Part shown: piece by piece, positions 12,190 to 24,865 of the stretch | Layout of the letters: every line of letters starts with the position of its first letter | How positions within the stretch are numbered: the first letter of the stretch is position 1 | DNA from: Octopus sinensis | Taxonomy: Eukaryota | NCBI RefSeq assembly: GCF_006345805.1 | Contig: NC_043000.1 | Span: 31,620,001 to 31,684,000 of the forward strand | Length of the DNA: 64,000 nt | Direction: 5' to 3' | The notes under the pieces: generated by a model | The model's input: only the letters and a program-made list of their open reading frames with translations | The model's database searches: none | What the model was told of the DNA's origin: nothing | Position numbers and translations under genes: made by a program

Positions 12190-12930
12190 CACCTTTCAGT
12201 CTAAATGTTGCTTCTAACGTGGCTCGAAAAAATTTTCAGCCTTTGAATAAACATTTCCCTAAATCTTGACTGTATCATAAATTTTTCAATAGACACATGG
12301 TTAAACTGACACACTCTACTATGCATAATATTGCCGAATATATATCAAGATTTAACCGTAGTAAATTAAACTGTGCATCTTTTAATACTACAATACCTGA
12401 AAGTAGCCTAAATAGCCATCTATATAGCAGCAATGCAATATCTACTGCAACTAAACATTGATGTACCAGATTCCAATAAGAATAGTGGAGCTGAACCCAT
12501 CTTACCCACTAATAATCAAGCCAAGTTCGTTCTATGTAGCTTTCGTAATAAATTGCTATGTCCCATTAATAACAAATGCCTTAGGAAAATATAGTGTATA
12601 AGTGTTCTATCACTTCTCTTGATAAAGACCATGTTTATATTGGTGCGTCCTCTTCTTCATTCAAACTTCACTAGAGTAATCACAAATCTATTTTACGGCA
12701 TAAAGAAAAGGCTAATAGTACATCCAAAGCTAGATTTGTACATTCTCTCGCTGATAATAGTATTGAATTTAAAAGTGCTCGCTCTATTGTGTATAATGCA
12801 CAACCATATAAGGGTGGCGGTGTCGGTGTGAGCTCTGTGTACTTGAGGCATTCCACATCAATAAAATTAAATCGAATATTATTAATGAGCGTGATGATTT
12901 GATTTTAAGCTGCCAGCACCTTAAATATAA
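12190..12930 (+). mobile_element. Penelope-like element relic (RT C-terminus plus GIY-YIG endonuclease), disrupted
   Basis: PFSLNVASNVARKNFQPLNKHFPKS*LYHKFFNRHMVKLTHSTMHNIA, then CPINNKCLRK, IVYKCSITSLDKDHVYIGASSSSFKL..NHKS, and CELCVLEAFHI..IINERDDLILSCQH. Confidence 0.8.
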
Positions 12931-14034
12931 ATCATTCCTAAATTCTAACTATACTTAAGCTTACATTTAATTATCTACACTAATAAACTTTATAACCTTG
13001 ATAAATGCTATTGAATAATTTCCCACCTTGATTAATCATAATATAGTCCCTCTTTAGTAATATATTAGACTATATTTTGACTTTAATATATGTAAGACTA
13101 CTTATTGCCTATTAATGCTAGCACATAAATGTAAATCGTCCATTTATGCTTGCTAATTCCCTGGTCTTACCTTACTAACAGACAATGTATTAAACTGCAT
13201 CCAGACATTCTACTACCTAGATCAATACAATTGAATAATTCCCTACCTTTCTAACCATCATTTATTTTCACCTTAGTGATAGACAAAGTATTGGAATATA
13301 TTTAAACATTCCGCTACCTTCCAAAGCACTTAGTTCCCATTGATGCTAACATCTTAAATATAAGTAGTTCTTGTATGTTAACTACCTAAACTTACTTTTT
13401 ATTATAAACCTACTCCAACAAACTCGATCAGTACAAATGATTAATTCCCTACCTCGGTTAACCACAATTTAGTATCACCCTAATAACAGATAACGTATTA
13501 GACCATATTCAGAGGGAAATAGGAGAACGAATTTAAAAGTAAACATAAAAATGCATAAATATGTTATAGTTGCAGTTCCATTATCCATGTAAAGTGGTGT
13601 GTAGAAGCAGTAGAAATGCTTCATGTCCATGGTATGTAAATTCCAATCGGAGTTCATATTTTGCCATCACAAATGGAAAGTGTGGAGACGTAGTTTCCAT
13701 GTGTTGTTCATTCAAAGAGGTTTTGTAGTGGTAGTATTAAGTGGATAGAGAGGAGAGAAGAGATGTGTATGCTAAAACGAAGTGAGAGGTTAAAGGAAAA
13801 GGTAAGAAAGGAAGGAAAGAAAGAGGAAGAGAAAATGATACACACACACACACATATATATATGTGTGTGTATGTGTGTGTGTGTGTGTGTTGTGTGTGT
13901 GTGTGTGTGTGTGTGTGTGTCTTTATTCTGATACGTATGTATATATGCATAAATATGTATCCATATCTCTTTTAAGAATATGCATCTTTATGATCTGTAC
14001 GTATCTAAGTGAGCATGTATATACATAATTTTAC

Positions 14035-14103
<69 letters not shown>

Positions 14104-14249
14104 TACTTGGAAACGGACGCGTGGCGTTCAGTCATATAATAACATAGATAATATATATATATATATAAACGGCGGTGCATCAGCATGGCTGCAGCTCTGA
14201 GCTGAAACTAGAGAAAAAAATATATATGTATGTATATATGTGCATATAT

Positions 14250-15515
14250 CCGACCGTCCAACGTTCTAGAACGCTGTCGGTCGGCATGGATCTGCCTCTC
14301 CAAGTACCGAGCTGCAGGCCCACTGACTTTTCCGGATTAATCTTTGCTCCCGTTAGTTCCTCGTATTCTTTCACAGTAGTGTTGACCAGATCTATGTGCT
14401 TGTCGCCCGCCATTAGGACGGTGACGTCGTCTGCGTATGCCAGCACAACTTTCCTACATCCTAGTTCACGCGAGGTGCCTCTCAACGTCTCCAGTTTCCG
14501 AAATGATGGCTCGGGGGTCAGTACATACAGAAAGGACAAGAGTGGGCACCCTTGACGGACCGAATACAAGATGTTGAATGGTTCCGATAGGTGACCATTC
14601 ACCTTGACTACCAAGCAGATGTCGCTGTCCATGGCAGCGATCCAACCGCGGAAAACCGGACCGAAACTGACCGCCGTGAGAACAGCCGCCAGATATTGAT
14701 AGTCAACCGTATCGAAGGCTTTTGACTGATCTAAATTGATCAGAGCCCACCCATGCCAGGTTTCTTAACTACCCTATCCACGATGTAGGGCATGTGGTGG
14801 AGGCTGTCGTGGATGGACCTGCTTGGGGCGGCGCATGTTTCTGCGTCTCCAACTAGTTTCTCGACGACGAACGCCAATCTGTTTACTAACACACTGGCCA
14901 AAATTTTGATGCCTGCATTAAGCAGAGTGATGGGCCTAAAATTATCTAATACTTCCCCTTGTTTGGATCCTTTCTCAGCAGTAGCACTGCTCCTCGGCTC
15001 ACAGATCTGGGAATTCTCTTATTCTGTTACCAGTTGCAGTAGATATCTGCCAAGAGGCCTGCAAACAAGTCTGGCATACTAGAATTAAGCTCGTAGGGCA
15101 GACCTTCTAATCCCGGCGATTTGCCCCTCGTGCAGCCAATTATCCCCTCCCGTATTTCGTCAATTTTTATTGACCTTTCACAACACTCCGCATCGCTTGC
15201 TGAGAGTCGTGGAAAGCCATCGAAGTAGGCAGTGAAATCCATCCTGCGATCTGGCCCACCGTTCGTCCCGCATAATTTGGCTAAATGCTACTGAAAAGCC
15301 GCACACATCTGCTCCGACTCATTCCCTGTGCACCCATTTTAGTCCACCAAAGACCGAATGGTGTTTTTGTTGCCATTTTGTCCCTCAGCCACCCGGGCCC
15401 ACCGGGCAGCATAGGTTCCCTCTTGTCTCAGAGAACGTGCCTTAACTCTGACAATGCAGCCTTCGTGCTTGGCGTTGAAGTGTTCATCGGGGGCCAAAAT
15501 TCTTTTTATTAACCA
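14250..15515 (-). mobile_element. Tx1/L1-clade LINE reverse-transcriptase relic
   Basis: GKSPGLEGLPYE; LINLDQSKAFDTVD (14748-14706 region); SVRQGCPL..LYVL..EP; AYADDVTV; TGAKINPEKSVGLQLGTW; frameshifted. Confidence 0.88.
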
Positions 15516-15699
15516 CAAGGGCTAATAGACGATCGAGAAGACATAGTTGGGATGATGTGCCGATATATTAGAGACAATCAGGATTAAGAACCCGCCAATC
15601 TGAGGTGTGTAGATAAGCAAAAGCTAAAAGCGGGAACTAAAGAGACAGATTCTGCCTTTGGACTATTCGAGACGGGAAATATAAGTGAAACCAACAAGA

Positions 15700-18600
15700 T
15701 TATTTAGGCTGTTGCTTTAGTTGCAGCAGAAAGAGTTGAACACAAAAGAAGAGAACAAACATTTGTAGAAGAATTTGTGAGGACAAGTTGATAGATTGAA
15801 AAGAGGGGAACTGCAGAAGAAAAACATAAGAAAAAGACTGAAAAGAACGTATAGAATAAGAAGAAATAAAGGGTGTGATGTGATATTGGAAGAATTGAAA
15901 CAAAGAGTAGTAATAATGAAGACAAAACTGGAAAGATATGACAATAGAAAAAGACAATTCAGGCAAAACAGAAGGTTTTGAAGCCAATCAGAAAAAGCTG
16001 GTTCAGATACTGGGATGGGCAATTACACATAAGGAGAGTTTACGAAAAAAACCAAAGACGAAGACTGGTGGTGTACAAAACAAACAGATGTATTAGTATA
16101 ACGCTCAGGAATAGAAAAAGTATTTTGCGTTTCGAGCCTATGCTCTTCAACAGAAAGGGACACAGAAAAAAACAAGGAGAGAAAAAAAATGTGTGTATAC
16201 ATAACATTGGTATCCGATGTAGTCAAAAGCAGAGCATTCTGGAGAAGAATTTGGGATCAACCTGTAAAGCATAATGATGAAGCGGGATGGCAGCATGAAA
16301 TCCAAGATAGGTTAAGAAATACAGAAGGTGAAGACAACATAAAAATAACTACAGAAATCATTAAAAACAAAAACAGTTCAGGAAAACCCCAAATTAAAAG
16401 TGTCCCAGGGCGGATGGTATCCAAGATTATTGGATGAAGAAACTGATAGGAGTCCATAAAAGATAGTGCAACAGCTAGACGGGATCTTTTCGATTTGACC
16501 GGCAGTTTTTTCCAGCGGTGTCATATGAAATTGTCACCCATAATTATGACCATAGTATCGATCTATTGCATTTCAATCTGTTTTAGGGTTAGGGGTGGGG
16601 GGAAGGGTATCTTTTTTTCTTCAGAAATGTAAATAAACCCAATTTGTTTCTTAAACGAGGGACATATTCATACGGCACAGAATGTTTTCACCTCAATAGA
16701 CGTCATTGATTGGTTGAAATTGCAGAAATTGAAGAAAAAAACAACAAATATCCTACAAACTATAGAATTTTCTCAATAAAGCCAAGAGAAAAAGATGTTT
16801 TATAAACACATTCTACCAGTATACGAAGTTTAAAAGTGTTTAGTTAACTAGAAATTATTTTTAAAAACTGCCGGTCAAACCGAAAAGATCCCCGAGATGA
16901 GTTTTTGCAGGAAGGCGCTGTATCCAGCTGGATGACAAAGGGAAAGGCATTGTTGTGTACCCAGGATTCTTGAAAAGGGTAATATTGTATTCAATTTTCA
17001 ACCAGTAACATGTCTTCCGCTAATGTGAAAACCATTGTCAGGTGCTTTGGCCGGTGAACTATATGGATACTTAGGAAAAAGTGGGCTGCTGTGTATTGAA
17101 CAGAAAGGGTGCTGAAAGAGGAGCTGGAGAGCGAAAGCTCAGCTGTTAATTGATAATCTAATTATCAGGAACTGCAAGAGAAGTCACACAAACCTGAGCA
17201 AAGCATTGATTGATCGTCGCAAATCTTACGATATGATCCCACACTCTAGGATAACAAGAACGACAGAAATATATGGAGTAGCAGAAAACATGAGATGCTT
17301 TATATGGAACAGTGTGAAATGTTGGAGAACTGAACTGAGAGCAGGAAATCAAGAATTGAAAATCAAGGGATGAGTTTTCCAGGGGTGCAGGTGCATCCCC
17401 ACCGGTCTTTGTGTTGGGTGTGTGCGAAATATTACAGAAGGCAAAGTTGGGGGTATGATCTGGGAAACAGTAGGGAAAACTGAACTATTTGCTATTCAAG
17501 GATGACCTGAAGGTGTTCGCAAAAAGTGAGGCAGAACTGGACAGCCTAATCCAGTTTGTGCAGATTTTCTAAAATGATGTCAAGATGGGATTTGGTCTCC
17601 CAAAATGAGCTACGATGGTGATGAGATGAGGAAACCTTGTCAGGACAGAAGGCATATGTTTGTCAAGTGATGACATCAGGAAGGCAATTCAGCCTGAACT
17701 CGGATATAAATACCCGTGAATACTTGAGACATGTGGAATTAAACACAACGACATAACACAAAAGACAAAGAAAGAGTATCTGCGGTGGGGGAGAAAATTT
17801 TAGAAAGATGATTTCGGCAATAAACTCGCACGCAGTCGTAGTAGTTCGGTATGGTGCTGGAATTCTGAAGTGGGCAGAAGAGGGACAAAAAGAGTTGGAC
17901 AGGAAGATAAGAAAGCTCCTAACGATGCATGGAGCCCATCATCCACGTGCAGACACTGATCGTCTTGTCCACGAAGAGAGCAAATGGAGGAAGGGGATTG
18001 ATAAGTGAGGAAGACTGTGTACATATCGAACTCGGGAGCTTAATGAGATACCTATCCCAAAGTAAGGAAACCTTGCTAGTGTCAGTTAGGAATGGGGACA
18101 TATTAAAAATAGAGAAAAAAGGAAAAACAAAACACGAAGTGCAAAAGCGACATGAAAAGGCATTACGCAACAAGGGTCTGCATAATCAATTCCATATGGC
18201 CTCAACTGAAGTTGCTGGAAAACATAGGTGGGATTGACAGAAGAAAGGAACACTTAAGAGAAAAGAGACTGAGAGTTCTATACAGGTAGACAAGATTTGA
18301 CCACAAACGATCAACCTTGAGAATGAGCGAGTGTCTCCACTGTACTGCATATGTAAGAGAGTGGACGAAACCATTGTCCATATCACGAACGAATGCCCTA
18401 GACTTGCCCCAAAATACTACAAGTTGTGGTGACACGATCAGGTAGCGATTGTGCTACATTAGAAATTGTGCGGAAAGTGGTGTCTAGAGAGAGGCAAGAT
18501 GTGGTATAAGCACAAACTGCAGAGAGTGGTGAAGTCGGATACTTGTAAAATCCTGTGGGATTTCTCAATCGAAGCACATCAGGTACCAGACCTAGTGGTG

Positions 18601-18935
18601 GTGGATAAGGTGGACCACATGTGTATATAGTTGATGTTCCGTGCTCCTTTAACCCACGAATAGTCAAGAAAGAATGCGGGAAAATCATGTGAAATCCTTT
18701 TAAGTGCGAAATAGTTCGAGTATGGAAAATGATGGAGATAAAAAAATAGAGTCAATTACTGTTGGGTTTTTGGGGACAGTATCAGATGTCATCAAGTCTT
18801 GCCTCCATGGCACGGCCAGAATAATCAGGAAAGTATTCGATAGTTGAAAAGATAGCATAGTACCGTAGTTTGCAGGTAGCAAAGCCGCTACGCATGCAAG
18901 ACTGCAGGAGTTCCAACAAGACCTGAGTTACAAAT
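15700..18935 (+). mobile_element. Degenerate long R4/Dong-type non-LTR retrotransposon (RT + CCHC + RLE) with two nested insertions, followed by a ~340-bp (TAA)n
   Basis: LEELKQRVVIMKTKLERYDNRKRQFRQNR; IDRRKSYDMIPHS; LLFKDDLKVF; MISAINSHAVVVVRYGAG; LDRKIRKLLTMHGAHHPRADTDRL; GGRGLIS; CICKRVDETIVHITNECP; KILWDFSI..PDLVVVDK; many stops and frameshifts. Confidence 0.88.
16481..16892. mobile_element. MITE (412 bp) with 30-bp terminal inverted repeats, nested in the R4 relic
   Basis: GGGATCTTTTCGATTTGACCGGCAGTTTTT ... AAAAACTGCCGGTCAAACCGAAAAGATCCC (1 mismatch); host sequence resumes on both sides. Confidence 0.88.
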
Positions 18936-19063
18936 AATAATAAAAATAATAGCAATAATAATGATAATAATAATAACAATAATAATAATAATAATAATAA
19001 AAATAACAATAATAATAATAATAATAAAAATAATAACAATAATAATAATGATAATAATAATGA

Positions 19064-19114
<51 letters not shown>

Positions 19115-19225
19115 TAATAACAATAGTAAAAAAAAAAAAAATAATAATAACAATAACAATAATAATAATAAATAACAATAATAATAATAACAATAATAAT
19201 AATAATAACAATAATAATAATAACA

Positions 19226-19269
<44 letters not shown>

Positions 19270-19274
19270 TAATA

Positions 19275-19276
<2 letters not shown>

Positions 19277-19319
<43 letters not shown>

Positions 19320-19573
19320 TGTGTGTGTGTGTGTGTGAATGAAATACATATCAGTGTACATAATGCAGACAAAAATAACCCAAAATAATAAAAAAAGAGT
19401 AACATAATCGAATGATATTTTGACGAAAGTCTACATTTGCAACTCTGAGCTTCATTTTACAGTTTCTGCAGCAATAACAGAAATAGAATAGCAAAATCTT
19501 TTCTTGATTTTCGAGGCAAGCTATGTATGATTATATACGCGTGTGTGTTTACATATGGGTGTGTGTGTGTGTG

Positions 19574-19608
<35 letters not shown>

Positions 19609-20153
19609 ATTTCCGACGCACTAAAGATTATATAACTTAACTGAAATGCAATATGAGCTCTCAATTTATATTTGCAATGTACCCAGGGTATATAGCGTTG
19701 GAGATTAGTTTCGGAAATACATACACACGTGACTGTGTGTGTGTGTGTGTGTGTCTGTCGTCATAGATATTGTGACATGTACGTTTATGTGAGTGTGTGT
19801 GTGTGTTGTGTGTGTGTGTGTGTGGTGTGTGTGTGTGTGTGTGTGTGTATATACTATCGGGTATATACTTACATGTTTGATAGAGACACAAAGTTAAAGA
19901 TATATTACTGGGATCAGTAGAGAGAGATAGAGAGGGAGAGTGGTTATATATATGTATATTGATAGAGACGGTGATGGTTCTGTACACATGCACACACGCG
20001 CGCGCGCACATATATCCGTATATGAAGATATGCATGTATACATACACACTTATATACATACATGCATACATACACACATGCATATATACATATATACGTA
20101 CATGTATATATGTATAGATACATATACACAAATAAATACATATATACATATAA

Positions 20154-20201
<48 letters not shown>

Positions 20202-20437
20202 TGTGTGTGTGTGTGTGTGAATGAAATACATATCAGTGTACATAATGCAGACAAAAATAACCCAAAATAATAAAAAAAGAGTAACATAATCGAATGATAT
20301 TTTGACGAAAGTCTACATTTGCAACTCTGAGCTTCATTTTACAGTTTCTGCAGCAATAACAGAAATAGAATAGCAAAATCTTTTCTTGATTTTCGAGGCA
20401 GCTATGTATGATTATATACGCGTGTGTGTTTACATAT

Positions 20438-20471
<34 letters not shown>

Positions 20472-20670
20472 TGTGGTGTGTGTGTGTGTGTGTATTTCCG
20501 ACGCACTAAAGATTATATAACTTAACTGAAATGCAATATGAGCTCTCAATTTATATTTGCAATGTACCCAGGGTATATAGCGTTGGAGATTAGTTTCGGA
20601 AATACATACACACGTGACTCTGTGTGTGTGTGTGTGTCTGTCGTCATAGATATTGTGACATGTACGTTTA

Positions 20671-20740
<70 letters not shown>

Positions 20741-21040
20741 CTATCGGGTATATACTTACATGTTTGATAGAGACACAAAGTTAAAGATATATTACTGGGA
20801 TCAGTAGAGAGAGATAGAGAGGGAGAGTGGTTATATATATGTATATTGATAGAGACGGTGATGGTTCTGTACACATGCACACACGCGCGCGCGCACATAT
20901 ATCCGTATATGAAGATATGCATGTATACATACACACTTATATACATACATGCATACATACACACATGCATATATACATATATACGTACATGTATATATGT
21001 ATAGATACATATACACAAATAAATACATATATACATATAA

Positions 21041-21070
<30 letters not shown>
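19277..21070. repeat. Tandem duplication, two ~882-bp near-identical units with breakpoints in (GT)n
   Basis: GAATGAAATACATATCAGTG... starts at 19337 and 20219; the units differ mainly in microsatellite length. Confidence 0.93.
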
Positions 21071-21073
<3 letters not shown>

Positions 21074-21986
21074 TAACGCAATGTATATATATGTAAATAT
21101 GGATATGGTAGGTTTAGTCAGAGTAATCTCAATATTCTGCCATTTGTATATAATATTCTTTTGTGGTATTCCATTACTGATATGAAGATTCTTTAAACAA
21201 GCCATAACGCTGGCGGCAGTTCCAGGAAGAATTAGAATAGAAATTCTCTAAAACTTGCAAGAAGTTTCTGTTTGGGCATTCCAAGTGTCAACAAGGTGAC
21301 AGCTAAGATACTGTTGGGTCACTGAAGGACCTTGGACAGCTGTAGTGTCAAAGGTGAGAAGTTAGAAAATGTATAAGTCAATTTTGTGGATTTGACATCT
21401 TTTGTAGACGGAACTGAAAAGACATCGACAAAGATTGTGCAATGGGAAAGGTGAGGAATGTGTTGCATTCAAAATACAAAATACCCATAATTTTATGTAA
21501 AGAATTTCCAATGTTCAGGCGCTGATCCTCATCTCCGATGAAATCTGAAAGTTCCGCATTTCAACACATGTTGAACAAATGGACTTTTCATTGGGGTGTA
21601 AAGAAGAAAATGACAAAATGACCGCAGGACTTATCATACATATCCATTGGATTAGTAAAAAAAAACATCGCACATCGATGCGATAATACGCTGGACCAAA
21701 CCGGTAGAGAGACAATTCTTGCTAAAATATTTGCCAAAGGCGCAGACATGGCTATGTAGTTAAGATGCAATACTTGTAACCACGTGGTTTCAGGTTCAGT
21801 CCTACTGCACGGCATCTTGGGCAAGTGACTTCTACTACACCCCAAGGCCGACCGACTAATGCCTTATGAGTGAATTTGGCACACACACATAAGCATGGGA
21901 AATAAATATCCATGCACACTACCCAGCATATTAAGCTATCAGATAATGATTTATGCTATATACTTTATTACTATTGCACACACAAA

Positions 21987-22318
21987 GATCCCTTTCGGTA
22001 ACAAGTGACCATGGTATTGTATTTAGAAAGTTCGCCCCTGAGGCGCAATTCCAGCCAAAGTTGTTTGTGGAAGACCAGCAGTCGCTCATGCATACCAGCC
22101 CCCCCTCTCTACGCCACCGATGTTGTTCAACGGAAAGGCAAAGGGGCCGGTACAGCTTGGCACCAGGAACGTCACAATTCATTTCAACAGTTGAGTGAAC
22201 TAGAGCAACGTGAAAGAGTTTTCCTCAAGAACACAGCACAGCCCGGTCCGAACCAGAGTCGAATTCACCACTTATTCCAAGCCTGATGCTCTAACCATTG
22301 AGCCAAGTGCCTTCACAC
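21987..22318 (-). mobile_element. tRNA-derived SINE (family D)
   Basis: Minus strand begins GTGAAGGCACTTGGCTCAATGGTTAGAGCATC (A-box-like); ~330-bp GC-richer body. Confidence 0.55.
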
Positions 22319-22486
22319 ACACACAAAAGTTTAAAGATGTATATCTATACATAGAGAAAATATCTAGCTCTGATGAGCAAGCGGTATTACATAACTGTGT
22401 CATTATCTAATTAATATCATGTTTAATGCTCAGTGCAAAACCGATTGTCATTCTTATTTCTGTTGTACCTCTTCCTATTAGTTGTC

Positions 22487-22538
<52 letters not shown>

Positions 22539-22782
22539 GTTGTTGTTGTTGTTGTTAAAGGCGGCTAAGGCGGCGAGCTGGCTGAATCGTTAGCACGCCG
22601 GGCGAAATGCTAAGCAGTATTTCGTCTACCGCTACGTTCTGAGTTCAAATTCCGCCGAGGTCGACTTTGCCTTTCATCATTTCGGGGTCGATTAAATAAG
22701 TACCAGTTAAGCACTGGCGTCGATATAATCGTCTTTAACCCCTTCCCCCAAAATTTGAGGCCTTGTGCTTCCAGTAGAAAGG

Positions 22783-22843
<61 letters not shown>

Positions 22844-23099
22844 TATTATTCGTTTATGGGGCATAGCCTAGTAGATCGGCTGTCGCACTCGTGTTTGTGA
22901 GATCGTCGTTTCGATTCTTAAACACCTGATGCATAGAACACCGTTGAACTTGTTCGAACAACGTCCATTTTGATGGCGAGACTAAACTAATGGACAGCTC
23001 ATGCATTTGATCACCGGAAACAAATCCTTTGAGCAGCTCGTTCGGTAGAAGAAGCTGAACACTCACACGTCATCTCCGATGGGAGAATCCATCCATATC

Positions 23100-23730
23100 T
23101 ATTAATTTATTCTTTTCTACTCGAGGTACAAAGCCCGAAAATTTGGGGAGGGAGCCAGTCGATTAGATCGACCCCAGTACGAAACTGATACTTAATTTAT
23201 CAATCCCGAAAGGATGACAGGCAAAGTCGACTTCGACGGAATTTGAACTCAGAACGTAGCGGCAGACGAAATACCTATTTCTTTACTACCCACAAGGGGC
23301 TAAACACAGAGAGGACAAGCAAGGGCAGACAAACGGATTAAGTCGATTATATCGACCCCAGTGCGTAACTGGTACTTATTTAATCAACCCCGAAAGGATT
23401 AAAGGCAAAGTCGACCTCGGCGGAATTTGAACTCAGAACGTAACGGCAGACGAAATACGGCTACGCATTTTGCCCGGCGTGCTAACGTTTCTGCCAGCTC
23501 GCCGCCTTCGGAATCTTTTCTAGTCTAGGCACAAGGCTCGAAATTTGGAGGGAGAGGACTAGTCGATTAGATCGACCTCAGTACGCAATTGATAATTAAT
23601 TTATCGATCCCGAAAAGATGAAAGGCAAAGTCGACTTCGGCTGAATTTGAATTCAGAACGTAAAGACAGACAAAACACCGCTAAGCAATTCACACGGCGT
23701 GCTTAACGTTTCTGCCACCTCGCCACCTGA
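23100..23730 (-). mobile_element. Array of three family-C SINEs (full and 5'-truncated)
   Basis: Repeated CCCGAAAGGATGAAAGGCAAAGTCGACCTCGGCGGAATTTGAACTCAGAACGT blocks; two tail types. Confidence 0.85.
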
Positions 23731-23914
23731 ATATATATATAATATTAGCTGGCAGATTCGTTAGCTCACGGGCTAAATGCTTAGTTCAAATTCCGGTTTT
23801 TATATTTTTCGGGGTCGATAAAGAAAATGCTAGAAATAAGTGATGATTGACAAAATGCGTTAGGAAGAAAAATAGCAGCGTTCAGAAAAAATTCGTTATT
23901 CTCTCTTTTAACTC

Positions 23915-24310
23915 CTTTATTTGTTTCAGTCATTTGACTGCGACCATGCTAGAGCACCACCTGCAGTCGAGCAAATCGACCCCAGGACTTATTCTTTGTA
24001 AGCCTAGTACTTATTCTATTGGGCTCCTTTCACCGAACCGCTAAGTTACGGAGATGTAAACACTTCAGCATCGGTTGTCAAGCGATGTTGGGGGGACAAA
24101 CACAGACACGCAAACATATACACACATATACATATATATATACATATATACGACGGGCTTCTTTCAGTTTCCGTCTACAAAAATCCACTCACAAGGCTTT
24201 GGTCGGCCCGAGGCTATAGTAGAAGACACTTGCCCAAGGTACCACGCTGTGGGACTGAACCCAGAACCATGTGTCTCGTAAACAAGCAACTTACCACACT
24301 TCCACTCCTA
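23915..24310 (-). mobile_element. SINE family B, full length, ending ~250 bp upstream of the CNG exon
   Basis: Reverse complement of 43740-44140; other partial family-B copies at ~1442-1493, 6192-6343, 8690-8805, 21745-21880, 26158-26270, 34435-34790, 38598-38700, 48115-48235 and 50960-51100. Confidence 0.85.
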
Positions 24311-24559
24311 CGTTATTATATCATAATTTAGAATTAGAGAGAAAGATCGAGAGTACTGGGATCAAGTACTGGGAGAGAAAGATGGAGTACCGGGGGTTGT
24401 ACCAAAATTTGAAATCAGTTTTGGAATCTCTGTGAATTCTTAAATTTTTAGACCTTGCGATTATATCATTTGCTACATACATAACATACTTCATTGCTGT
24501 AATGCTTACCTTTCCGTTGAGTTTTGTCTGTCTCTATTAATTTAGTTCTTTGTTTTCAG

Positions 24560-24865
24560 GTGAGGTCGGCAAAGAGATGTACATCGTAAACAGAGGTCGG
24601 CTGCAAGTTGTGGCAGACAATGGCAAAACAGTTCTGGCCACTTTGAAGCCGGGTAGCTACTTCGGAGAGATAAGTATTCTTAACATGGGTACAGCTGGAA
24701 ATCGACGTACAGCATCGGTGAGGTCTGTCGGTTATTCAGACTTGTTCTGTTTGTCAAAACAAGACTTGTGGGATGTTCTCAAAGAATACCCAGCGGCTCG
24801 GGTGAAACTGGAATCTATAGCAGTGAAGAGACTGGAGAAGTACAAGAAAGCACCACTGGAAAAAG
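24560..24865 (+). CDS. Internal exon of a cyclic nucleotide-gated (CNG) cation channel: cyclic-nucleotide-binding domain and C-helix
   Basis: Polypyrimidine tract plus TTTTCAG| acceptor at 24559; G|GTCAGT donor at 24866; 306 bp, phase 1/1. Peptide [102 protein letters not shown] has the FGEIS..L...GNRRTA.VRS.GYSDLF CNG signature and no disablements. Confidence 0.96.

Noticed and set aside
21300-21480. Possible RTE remnant (GEKLENV..FVDL..EKDI)
   Set aside because: Too degraded to support.
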